Part shown: positions 54,168 to 63,268 of the stretch, in pieces | How positions within the stretch are numbered: position 1 is the first letter of the stretch | How the letters are laid out: every line of letters begins with the position of its first letter | IMG/VR virus record: IMGVR_UViG_3300025423_000009 | Span: 32,001-96,000 of that record | Strand: one strand, 5' to 3' | Length of the DNA: 64,000 nucleotides | Source of the DNA: a virus | The notes under the pieces: model-generated | Database searches by the model: none | The model's input: only the letters and a program-made list of their open reading frames with translations | Told to the model about the DNA's origin: nothing | Program-made: the position numbers and the translations under genes

Positions 54168-55763
54168 TTAGCTTGTAGCAGCCTGAACGCCGCGGAGACT
54201 GATATTACGCACATTAAATGTTCTGTAATAAAAGTTGCCACGATCGTTGCCGTTCTGAGCACCAGCCGCCGCCGGATTGATCTGCTGAACGAACGGATTC
54301 GCGACCACGCCGTAACGCGTTTTGAAGGCGATACGAGGTTGGAAGGAAGCCGGATCGATCGCGCGGACCATGGTGAGCGGAACGTAAGGCGCATAGAAGA
54401 TACCAGCGTCGTACGGATTCGTGCCACGATAGCCGACCGTGATGTAGTCCGTGAAGGTATACGGATCGATGTACACCTTGATGCGACCATTCAACACACC
54501 AGCAAAGGTGTTACCCGTGTCGTCGACTTCGAGCTTCGAGCTCAGAGCCGGCGCGTAGTCCAGAGAGCCAGCCGCGGCCAGAGCCGAGGCTACGTTGGAC
54601 GAGCAGAGGATGAAGTTACCCTTGCCACGGCGAGTTTCCTTGGCGATCTGATTCGCTTCGAGCTCAATCGCCATGTGAAGGCTCTTGTACCGTTCCGCGG
54701 CCCAGCGACCATCCGCGTCCGTGCGGACGTCGTAAACACCAGGCGTGGTGTAGTTGAAGCGAGCGCCGAGGACGGCTTTCGCATTGATCGTTTCAATGAT
54801 TTCACGATTGATTTCGAACAGGATCTCCGAGGAGAGGATGTTCGCCAGCTCGGATTCCGCATCGAGACCATGAACGGCCTTGAGATCCTGAGCGAGTTCC
54901 ATCGTGTAGCTCGCCTTGAGCGCGCGAGTATTCGCGGTCACGACGGTCTTTTCGATGTCAAAGCCCATCGTAGCGAAGTCTTGATTACCGCTGGTACCAA
55001 GCAATTCGCCGGTCGCCGTAGGCAAAGCCTGACCGACCTGATACGGAGCCGTACCAGCATAGGCTTGATTACCCGAGAACGCCGAGGTGATCGGAGCCAG
55101 GTTCGCAAACAACACGGTTGAAGCCGAACTCAAGGTCGAGACCAATGCCGTGTCAATCGTAACCACACCAGAGTTAGTGGTAACGGATGCAACACGAGTG
55201 CCAGGAACGACGCCCTGAGCGATCACCAAATCGCCGACCGCAAGGCCCGCGAGAGGAGTCGCCGTCAACGTGATGGTCGTAGAACCGGCCGTTGAGGTCG
55301 CATTGCTGATCGTACCATTGTAGTACGAGGACTGAGAGGCCGTCGAAGAGCCAGCCACGGAAGGCTGATTCGAAGTCGTGCCTTGAACGCCGCCATAGAG
55401 CGAGTCGTCACCGGCCGCAACGGTCTGACCGGAGGTCGTGCTCAACGCGGAGGTGTATTTCGGCTTGAGCGCGAAGATCAGACCGGTAGGTCCGCTCATC
55501 GGCTGAACGCCGGCGATATCGTAGGCGATCAAGTTCGGCATCGCGCGGCGCACGAGGGAGATCAAGATCGGATCGAAGTTTTGAATCGCACCGGTGCCCA
55601 TGTCGGCTTCGGCGAGCATCGAGCGCTCTTCTTTGAGAGCCTTCTGCTGGTTTTCGAGCAATGCGGCCGTGACGGACCGGCGATAGTTATCCTTAAATGC
55701 AGGAGCTTCCGCGTGATCCAACACCGCTGCCCATTTTTGTTCGGACTGTTCGGTATTAAACAT
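54168..55763 (-). CDS. 23: Major capsid protein gp23 with an inserted beta-rich module
   Basis: LVRRAMPNLIAYDI.GVQPMSGPTGLIFA, RALKA.YTMELAQDLKAVHGLDAE, FKTRYG. Confidence 0.97.
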   Translation of the reverse strand: MFNTEQSEQKWAAVLDHAEAPAFKDNYRRSVTAALLENQQKALKEERSMLAEADMGTGAIQNFDPILISLVRRAMPNLIAYDIAGVQPMSGPTGLIFALKPKYTSALSTTSGQTVAAGDDSLYGGVQGTTSNQPSVAGSSTASQSSYYNGTISNATSTAGSTTITLTATPLAGLAVGDLVIAQGVVPGTRVASVTTNSGVVTIDTALVSTLSSASTVLFANLAPITSAFSGNQAYAGTAPYQVGQALPTATGELLGTSGNQDFATMGFDIEKTVVTANTRALKASYTMELAQDLKAVHGLDAESELANILSSEILFEINREIIETINAKAVLGARFNYTTPGVYDVRTDADGRWAAERYKSLHMAIELEANQIAKETRRGKGNFILCSSNVASALAAAGSLDYAPALSSKLEVDDTGNTFAGVLNGRIKVYIDPYTFTDYITVGYRGTNPYDAGIFYAPYVPLTMVRAIDPASFQPRIAFKTRYGVVANPFVQQINPAAAGAQNGNDRGNFYYRTFNVRNISLRGVQAATS

Positions 55764-55796
55764 ACTTTCTTTTTGTTATGGTTGGGGGTTATTCTC

Positions 55797-56912
55797 TCAC
55801 CGACGATTCGGATTATTGCGTTCAGCACGAGAGATAGCACTGACGTAACGTTTCATGTCATCTGGCAATGTAGCCATGGAATCTTCTTGACCCTCGATGA
55901 TTATCGTACCCGAATTAACTACTTTCTGTGGTTTCACGTTCGCCTTCACGATGGAAGACGGCGCTGACTGAGGAGCCTTGCCAGAGAAGTACGACTCCTT
56001 GATCGTGGTCACCTTCTTCGAGAAGGCTTCCGCGGATTCAAAGATGACGTCCTTGGTGAGCTCCGTTAAACGAGAGGCCTGAGTGGTCGCCAATCCCTTC
56101 GACGCTTCCGCGAGAATGGACTTGCGCATCAACTTCTCGTTCTGAACTTTCACGGATTCAACGAGCTGATCATTCTGCTTCACTTGCTCCTGAAGCTCGA
56201 CAATGCGAGAGTTCAATGATTCCACCAAGTCCTTGTCGGCCTTGGGAACCTCGATGTAGCTCTCGGCAAACACGTTCTTCAGAGAGGTGATGAAGCCTTC
56301 GGCGATCTCCGTGCGAAGGGTCGAGTCGACGGCGACTTGATTCTCCTTCATCCAGGATTCGACGACGTACATGAGGTACGAGTCGACCTGTTCGGTGACC
56401 GTGTTCATGATCTGCTCGGCTTTCTCGGACAACTTGATCTGATATCCTTCATGGAGCTGCTTACGAGCCAAGCGAACTTTGCTCTTAACGGCCGCTTCGA
56501 AGATCGTCTTGGCCTTGGACTTGAAACCTTCCGTGAGGTTGGCTTCACCGTTCATCAGTGCCGTGACGTCCTCTTCCATGTCGACTTGATCCACGTCGAC
56601 TTCAGCTTCTTCAGCTTCGTCTCCCTCTTCATGCTCTTCCGTGCTTCCACAGGTGCATTCGCCGTCACAGGTACAGGTACATTCTTTGTCCTCTTCTCCG
56701 TGAGTTTCCGAGTTGGAATCACCGTTCTCGTCATCGAGCTTCTCAGCTTCGTCTTTCGAGACGGGTTCCTCTTCCGTGATTGGACCAGGAGCGTGTGCGA
56801 TCGGAGCTTTAGCATGCGGCGCGGCCGCAATTGCCTTCTCCATATCTTTAACGCTCTGATCCATGCTCTCGATCGATTCCTCGATCTTCTTTTGGTTTTT
56901 CTTCGTGGCCAT
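55797..56912 (-). CDS. 22: Prohead core scaffold gp22
   Basis: FKSKAKTIFEAAV, YLMYVVESW, LKNVFAESYIEVP, MKRYVSAI. Confidence 0.92.
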   Translation of the reverse strand: MATKKNQKKIEESIESMDQSVKDMEKAIAAAPHAKAPIAHAPGPITEEEPVSKDEAEKLDDENGDSNSETHGEEDKECTCTCDGECTCGSTEEHEEGDEAEEAEVDVDQVDMEEDVTALMNGEANLTEGFKSKAKTIFEAAVKSKVRLARKQLHEGYQIKLSEKAEQIMNTVTEQVDSYLMYVVESWMKENQVAVDSTLRTEIAEGFITSLKNVFAESYIEVPKADKDLVESLNSRIVELQEQVKQNDQLVESVKVQNEKLMRKSILAEASKGLATTQASRLTELTKDVIFESAEAFSKKVTTIKESYFSGKAPQSAPSSIVKANVKPQKVVNSGTIIIEGQEDSMATLPDDMKRYVSAISRAERNNPNRR

Positions 56913-57043
56913 CTTCTTCAATGTTTGTTGGAGAGGAAGCCCCGAAGGGACCTCAGTCTCATACTATTCAATCTCGATCGAGCAAACAGGCTCGCTTCGA
57001 GTACCCATACCAATAACTCCCTGACGTATCAGGAGAGATTCTG

Positions 57044-57706
57044 TTAGCTGATATCCCGAAGGAATTGCTCAAATGATTTGATCTGAGCTTCAGCGTAAAA
57101 TTCTTTGCTTCGTGTCTGACGGATTTTCTTCAACGACTCGTTCATTCGATCGACTTTGTTGGCAACGTACTGTTTTCCATCAAACACCCAGTCAACCGAT
57201 TCCATGATTCCCTCGACGAAGGCCGAGGGAGCCGAGGGATCCTGAACAATGTCGACCGTGGCCAGACTATAATCTGGCTTCACGTAGGTCTTACCTGCGC
57301 GGGATTCAACTGAACCCATGCCGCGAGAGGACACTCCAAGTTTCACTCCACCATCCAATAGGCCCTTGACGATCTGTCCCATCGGAGTGTTGAGAATCAG
57401 TGCCTTGCCATACACATCATCTCCGTTCCAGTTCAATTCCGTGATGCGATGTGACACTTTATCCAGATTGATCGTGGGACCGTCCGGGTGATTTAGTTCA
57501 CCTACCGCACGGCCAGTCGACACCTGCTCGGCGACGAAACGACTGACGGCCTCACGGAGTACGGAACGAGGATAGATTCGATTATTTCGATTCTGCTTCT
57601 CGGCCTGCATGAAAACGCCTTCCAAGAAGTACTTCTTCTCGGTGCCGGCACTTTCAATGAGAGGCTTGATGCCGTTCTCGTTATACTCCGTGATGAGTAA
57701 AGCCAT
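57044..57706 (-). CDS. 21: Prohead protease gp21
   Basis: NRNNRIYP, GELNHP, GVSSRGMGS, DIVQDPSAP. Confidence 0.95.
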   Translation of the reverse strand: MALLITEYNENGIKPLIESAGTEKKYFLEGVFMQAEKQNRNNRIYPRSVLREAVSRFVAEQVSTGRAVGELNHPDGPTINLDKVSHRITELNWNGDDVYGKALILNTPMGQIVKGLLDGGVKLGVSSRGMGSVESRAGKTYVKPDYSLATVDIVQDPSAPSAFVEGIMESVDWVFDGKQYVANKVDRMNESLKKIRQTRSKEFYAEAQIKSFEQFLRDIS

Positions 57707-57712
57707 AATTTC

Positions 57713-58222
57713 TTATTCCAATTTCCGCTGTTTTCTCTTTTCCCAGGCCAATCGCATTTTTGCTCTAGACTCTTCTGATCTTTTAGATCCAATATGTGCG
57801 ACTCTCGTTTTCTCTATAGACTCAGGAGAAAGTTTATAACGTTGTCGAGCCATGCTCATTTTAGCTCTAGTTTCTCGTGAATGCTTTCTTCCAATTGCTT
57901 TAGCCCTAATTTTTTCTTTAGTTTTAGCAGAATGAGTATAATTCCATCCTCGGGCTCCTGCATTATTATTATGCTGATTATAAAAATCCATACTGCCAGC
58001 AGCATCAACTGCTAATAAAATTTTAGTCTCAAGAGCAGCCATTTTTTCTTTACTGCCTGTGGCAATTATGTATCTTTCGAAATTATCAGGATTATTATAA
58101 TAATCTTTCAAAAAAACTTTGCTTGAACAAATATATCCATCATTTAATGCCCCAGTATGATACCCCACGTATAGTCTATTATCTATTTTATTCCTCCAAG
58201 AATAGACGAAAGATTGGTTCAT
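57713..58222 (-). mobile_element. Free-standing GIY-YIG (Seg-like) homing endonuclease with NUMOD3 repeats
   Basis: FVYSW.N...LYVG.H, Y.CSS, FYN and HSRETRAKMS repeats; AT-rich. Confidence 0.85.
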
Positions 58223-58224
58223 TG

Positions 58225-58395
58225 TTACTTAGATTCGACCGTAGGGTTATTGAAAACCTGATCGACCAGAGCCAGCTTGCGAACTTCCAACGCCGCGATT
58301 GCCTTCTCGGCCAATCCACGTTGAAAAGCTTGCTCGGCCTGTTCGGTATTGCCGGCAATGACCGCATGAACAAAAGTTTCGGCGTGTTTATTCAT
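58225..58395 (-). CDS. 67: Prohead core protein gp67
   Basis: Read by hand (56 aa): FVHAVIAGN...F...LAEKAIAALEVRK; position between 20 and 21. Confidence 0.75.
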   Translation of the reverse strand: MNKHAETFVHAVIAGNTEQAEQAFQRGLAEKAIAALEVRKLALVDQVFNNPTVESK

Positions 58396-58426
58396 CTTAA
58401 AGGTTTATTTATACGATTTGTGATTT

Positions 58427-60187
58427 TCAAGCCACCGGAGTCTCTTCGGGTGCAGGTATCTCTTCAGTAGGAACTTCTTCAGCAGGAGCTTCAGCTTCGA
58501 TTGGGGCTTCCGGAGCGCCTAATCCTTCAGCACCGGCTGGCATACCACCCATGGCTTCTTCTCCGCCTGGAATTCCTTCTGCTGGAGTTCCACCCTGTGG
58601 AACGTTCTCTCCGGCGTCCGGAGCGATATCTCCCTTGGCTTTTTCCTCGGCAATCTCGAGATCCATCTTCTCGATGTCATCATCGGACTGACGAAGAACA
58701 TTACGCCGCACCCACTTCTCGGAGTAGTATCGACCAATGAATTCGCCAACCTTACCAAGCATATCCATGCGAGCCGAAAGGACTTCGAAGTCCTTGAGTT
58801 CCGCGAAGTAGTTGTCTCGCTTGAAATCGATCGAGATCTTCTCCTTGATCAGTCTCCAGTCATCCTCGACGATGATACCTTTGAGAAGGAGCTGAGTCTT
58901 CAGAAGATTGAGGAACAGAGAAGAGAAGCGTCTCCGCAGACGATCCACGAAGCGTTGAAAGGCTACTTCCTCGCGATTGATCTCCGTGGACTTTCCGGCC
59001 GTCCAGAGTGATTCCTTGGCCTCGAAGCGAGACAAAGGAACATTCATGCAACGGTACAGATTCTTCTTGAAGAAGACGATGTCGTCGATCTGTCCCAGAT
59101 TCTGTCCACCAGCCAAAGTCGAGATCTCGGTTCCGCGACCACCTTCACGACGAGGAAGCCAGTAGTCCTCGAGCATCGACATGTGTCGACGATCATCTCG
59201 CATGGCACCTGTATTGGCGTCATACACCATCTTATTGCGATACTTCGACATCAACTCCTGCATGTACTGTTCGGCCTTGGCCTTGGGCAGATTGCCAACG
59301 TCGACATAGAAGATGCGTCGTTCCGGAGCACGAGAGATGCGATAGATGACCAGAGAGTCCTCCATCATACGCAGCTGATTCACCGGCTTCAGAGCCTTAT
59401 GAATGTGAGAGACGATGCGCTTATGAGTTGAGTCAAGAAGACCAGAGGGAATGTAGCAGATTGCCGAGGGATCGATTCGAAGGCCCGTAACGGAGTCACC
59501 GGTATTGACCGTCTGAACCAGCTGACCAGCGATCTGATTCTCGTTGTATACGAAATACTCAGCCTTGGTCGTGATGAGCTTGACACCGGTCTCCGCATCG
59601 ATTCGTGTGTCGACCTCACGGATCTTACGAATCTTGATGGAGTCGATGAATCGAAGTTCCTGAATGCCCTTCGATGGATCGTGATCATCGACGATGATGT
59701 GATAGTATAGGCGGCCGTCGACGTACCAACGACGAAAGATGTCCGAGCATTGGCGAGAGAAGTCGAGCAGGCGAAGCACCTCATCAAATTCTTTTTGAAT
59801 CGCGTCCTTCACGTCGTCACCATATTCAAGGTCATTCATGACCAGCGAGACCGGTGCACCGTCTTCGCCAGAGACAATGGCCTCGTCCATGATGTAGTTC
59901 ACGGCCATGTCACACTCGGGCTGCTCGGCCGCGTTGCGATACTTGAGAATCAGATCCTGATCTGAAGCTACGGTCGTACCGTCGATGTCGATATATTGAC
60001 CAAAGTATCCACCAGCCGAGATGACGGTCGAACCATCCTCGCCTTCTTTGGGAACAAAAGATTTTTTCTCCGCAGGTTGTTCGGACGCAATAGGCAAAAG
60101 GCCGCGATCGAATTCAGGAGCCGTTGGTTGCAGAAGCTCCTGATTCTTTTTAATCTCACGAGTGATATTCAGACCGAACAATTTCAT
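58427..60187 (-). CDS. 20: Portal protein gp20
   Basis: WYVDGR, NQLRMMEDSLVIYRISRAPERRIFYVDVGNLP, EDYWLPRREGGRGTEI. Confidence 0.97.
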   Translation of the reverse strand: MKLFGLNITREIKKNQELLQPTAPEFDRGLLPIASEQPAEKKSFVPKEGEDGSTVISAGGYFGQYIDIDGTTVASDQDLILKYRNAAEQPECDMAVNYIMDEAIVSGEDGAPVSLVMNDLEYGDDVKDAIQKEFDEVLRLLDFSRQCSDIFRRWYVDGRLYYHIIVDDHDPSKGIQELRFIDSIKIRKIREVDTRIDAETGVKLITTKAEYFVYNENQIAGQLVQTVNTGDSVTGLRIDPSAICYIPSGLLDSTHKRIVSHIHKALKPVNQLRMMEDSLVIYRISRAPERRIFYVDVGNLPKAKAEQYMQELMSKYRNKMVYDANTGAMRDDRRHMSMLEDYWLPRREGGRGTEISTLAGGQNLGQIDDIVFFKKNLYRCMNVPLSRFEAKESLWTAGKSTEINREEVAFQRFVDRLRRRFSSLFLNLLKTQLLLKGIIVEDDWRLIKEKISIDFKRDNYFAELKDFEVLSARMDMLGKVGEFIGRYYSEKWVRRNVLRQSDDDIEKMDLEIAEEKAKGDIAPDAGENVPQGGTPAEGIPGGEEAMGGMPAGAEGLGAPEAPIEAEAPAEEVPTEEIPAPEETPVA

Positions 60188-60268
60188 GGTGAATCTATTT
60201 ATACCGTTTCAAAAGCTAAAAAGGGCGGCTCGATGTTACTCGAACCGCCCATGAGTTGCTTCTGAAGA

Positions 60269-60892
60269 TTAGGTTCCGATACCACCGCTAATGGTTACAC
60301 CGCCCACGTTGACGGAAGCGGAGACACCGGCCGAGATACCAAAGCTTCCGCCAGATCCACCCGAGCTCGGAGTCGAGCTGGCTTCCCAGTATTGATACTG
60401 AACCGTCACGTCGAATTCCTCGATAGTATCATTGGAGTCATAGGCCAGATCGATAGCACCGACCGTCGAAGGAAATACACCGCGAAAGATGTAAGTCTTC
60501 ACAACGGCTCCAGACTTATCGAGCTGAGCAACGGACCAGTCGGTCATGTAGTCCTTGGGATTCGTGCGACCGATATTGGATTGATGCTGATTGATTCCGT
60601 TCATCCAACGCTCGAACGCGTCACGAAGCTTCATCGGCACGTCATTGATGACCTTAATGGTCCATTCGGGGAACGTGCGATCACCGGCGATCTTGAGCTT
60701 ACGACCACGGAATGGAACCTCGATGAGGCCCTGAGTTGAGGTTGGAAGACTCGCGCCCTTGATCATGAAGGAAGCGAGTTCCGAACTACCACCGGCAAAG
60801 CCGGGGAAGTTACACGTGACCTGAAACAGATTAGCGCGAGCACCTCCGCCGGTCAGCTTGGACTTGAATTGATCTACACCTAGAGTTGGCAT
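60269..60892 (-). CDS. 19: Tail tube protein gp19
   Basis: GGARANLF, PFRGR.LKIAGDRTF..W, FDVT..YQYW. Confidence 0.95.
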   Translation of the reverse strand: MPTLGVDQFKSKLTGGGARANLFQVTCNFPGFAGGSSELASFMIKGASLPTSTQGLIEVPFRGRKLKIAGDRTFPEWTIKVINDVPMKLRDAFERWMNGINQHQSNIGRTNPKDYMTDWSVAQLDKSGAVVKTYIFRGVFPSTVGAIDLAYDSNDTIEEFDVTVQYQYWEASSTPSSGGSGGSFGISAGVSASVNVGGVTISGGIGT

Positions 60893-60931
60893 AAGTTTTT
60901 CTTTCTTTTATTTATATGTCGGTTTCCAGGT

Positions 60932-62959
60932 TTACGCGTTCGAGGCGCCAGCGATCTCCGAGAAGGAGACACCTGTACGAGTGGCAATGAAGTTCAGAGT
61001 GATGAAGTTAATCGATCGCGCAGGCTTGATGTAGATGTCCGCCACGAACTGATTGGCATCTACCACTCCCGGAGTGTTATTGGTCGAGTCGCACACCACA
61101 AGGAAGTCCGTGATGCCACGACGACCTTGAATGTCCCGCAAGAACGGTTCCGTCATGTTACGGAACATTGCCTGTGTGAACTGATCGTTGAGCTCGAAAA
61201 GCTGATACTTAGCGGCCGTCGAGATCGCTTTCTCGAGGATGATGAAGAGGCGACGAACGTTGATGCGATCGAAGGCACTCGGCTTGGACTGAGCGGTCTT
61301 GTCACCAAAGAGCAGAATGCCCTGACCGGGGAACGAGACGATCGGATTGATCGAGGCCTGATAGAGAGCGTCACGACCGGCCTGATCGGCGTTGTAGGCC
61401 AGCTTGGTCACACCCTTCAGATTGCCGCGATTGTAACCGGCCGGAGAGAACCAGGCATCAGCAACCGTATCGGTATTGGCACAGAGACCAGCCATGTGAC
61501 CACACGCCGGAATCCAGACGTAGTTGTCTTGATACTTATTATAGACGTACAGCGGAGTCGAGTCGAACACGGAGTATGAATCGTGCGTGGCCGTCTGATC
61601 ATTGAACTTGGCCAGAATGGCCGCTTGCTTGGCCGAATTGGAGGTCTGCTGCCAAATGTTCAATGGAGCCGAGATGAAACCAACGACATCCTTACGAGTG
61701 TTTGCGATCAATTGAACGGTTTGCTCCGCAAAACTGAGACCGGTCAAACCAGTAGTGTCGCCACTGAAGAGCAGATTGATGTCGATCGTTGCCGCGTCGA
61801 GGAACACGGTATTCAATGCATTACCGATGTCACCAGAAGCACCGATCACGGAACCGTCCGAACCATTACCACCAAGAGTACCAGTGATTCCCAATGTGTT
61901 GAGGTTGCCAAGCACGTGCGCCAGTGCCGTCGTGGTGATCGGCAGATTGATGAATGCCGTGTTGTTCAAAGATATGTCCGCATTGGGAATCTCGGCGACG
62001 AGAGTGTTGCCATAGATCCACGAGGAATTACGATTGATGTAATCACGATAGTAATTGTTCGTGCCATCCGGACGCTTACCATCCGTGTAGAGTGACAAAT
62101 TCTGCCACTTCTCGATCAAAGTGCCAGGAGTACCGGAGATACCACCATCAATATCAACCACGGCCACGTGAACTTCATCGGGTTCGAAGAACGTCAACTT
62201 GGCCGACGTCGTTGAGGTGATGAAGGAACTCGACAGCGTGATGAGATAGTTTGAACCGGTCGTGGAGATCGATTGCACACGAGCCGCGGAACCAGTGGAG
62301 ATTCCGGTGCCGATGACGTACATTGAGGTAGAGATGCCGGTGTTCACAAAGGAAGCACTGGAAACCAGAACCGTGCTCTGAGAAGCCGTGATAGTATTGC
62401 TAGACACAGTGACGACCGTCGTATTGTTCGAGTTGTAGGTCGGCACGTAGTCGAACAGCTTGCCATATGAGTCCGTCGGGCTCGTAGCCGCCGTGACGAC
62501 GTAGACGCCCAGAGAGTTGCCCGTAGTGCCAGGATATCGAGCGATGAAAGTGTACGATGAGGATCCAACCGGAGAAGCCGCGGAGCTCGAGAGGTTGTTG
62601 AACTGATCGATGTTACCGATCAAAACGCTCGTCGAAGCAGAAACATACGATCCGGAACCGGAGTTCGTGATGTAGGTCGCGATCGCATTTGCCGCGGAAG
62701 AATTGATCGAGCGGGAAACCTTGAGTGTGTTGCCGTACTTAAGAAAGCTTGCGGCGGTCAAGAACGGAACCGCATGAGCCGCATCGGGCTTACCGAAGTT
62801 GGTGACGAGGTCTACTTCCGAGGAGACCGTGACGGGAATGCCGATTGGACCCCACTTAAACGGACCGGCATAAGCGCCGATCGAAGTGGCGACGGCTGGT
62901 ACGACGTTTGACAGGTCTTTTTCTTGAACCTGAACGCCTGGAGAGACGAGGAATGCCAT
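60932..62959 (-). CDS. 18: Tail sheath protein gp18
   Basis: FLVSPGV.V.E.D, WFSPAG.NRG, INVRRLF, IKP.RSINFI.LNF.ATRTG. Confidence 0.97.
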   Translation of the reverse strand: MAFLVSPGVQVQEKDLSNVVPAVATSIGAYAGPFKWGPIGIPVTVSSEVDLVTNFGKPDAAHAVPFLTAASFLKYGNTLKVSRSINSSAANAIATYITNSGSGSYVSASTSVLIGNIDQFNNLSSSAASPVGSSSYTFIARYPGTTGNSLGVYVVTAATSPTDSYGKLFDYVPTYNSNNTTVVTVSSNTITASQSTVLVSSASFVNTGISTSMYVIGTGISTGSAARVQSISTTGSNYLITLSSSFITSTTSAKLTFFEPDEVHVAVVDIDGGISGTPGTLIEKWQNLSLYTDGKRPDGTNNYYRDYINRNSSWIYGNTLVAEIPNADISLNNTAFINLPITTTALAHVLGNLNTLGITGTLGGNGSDGSVIGASGDIGNALNTVFLDAATIDINLLFSGDTTGLTGLSFAEQTVQLIANTRKDVVGFISAPLNIWQQTSNSAKQAAILAKFNDQTATHDSYSVFDSTPLYVYNKYQDNYVWIPACGHMAGLCANTDTVADAWFSPAGYNRGNLKGVTKLAYNADQAGRDALYQASINPIVSFPGQGILLFGDKTAQSKPSAFDRINVRRLFIILEKAISTAAKYQLFELNDQFTQAMFRNMTEPFLRDIQGRRGITDFLVVCDSTNNTPGVVDANQFVADIYIKPARSINFITLNFIATRTGVSFSEIAGASNA

Positions 62960-63062
62960 ATTAGTTGTTACCTTTCAGTTATTGGTTTGATAAGTTGAAT
63001 GACAAGAGGATTAACTCACTTAACCGTATTTATTATATTTCACTTTTCAACTATTCATGATG

Positions 63063-63260
63063 CATAAATAGAAATGCTGGTCGCGATACGCCAATATCCA
63101 CCAGCTCTACAACAACCCGATTAAAGGAATTATGCAGCACAATCATATCTATCGCCCCTACAGGGATGGCCATCAGGTCGATCCTTCACGCTCTATTGCT
63201 ATACGTAAAGCAAAAGCGGAATTCAAAAATGAGAATCTTTTACAATATATTCAACTGTAG
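63063..63260 (+). pseudogene. Remnant of a Seg-like homing endonuclease cassette (late promoter, hairpin, 42-codon ORF at 63132-63260)
   Basis: Same CATAAATA / GCTGG-N20-CCAGC-TCT leader as 9376-9422; ORF begins MQHNHIYR versus MHIYR of the intact gene. Confidence 0.55.
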
Positions 63261-63268
63261 TTCGAGTT

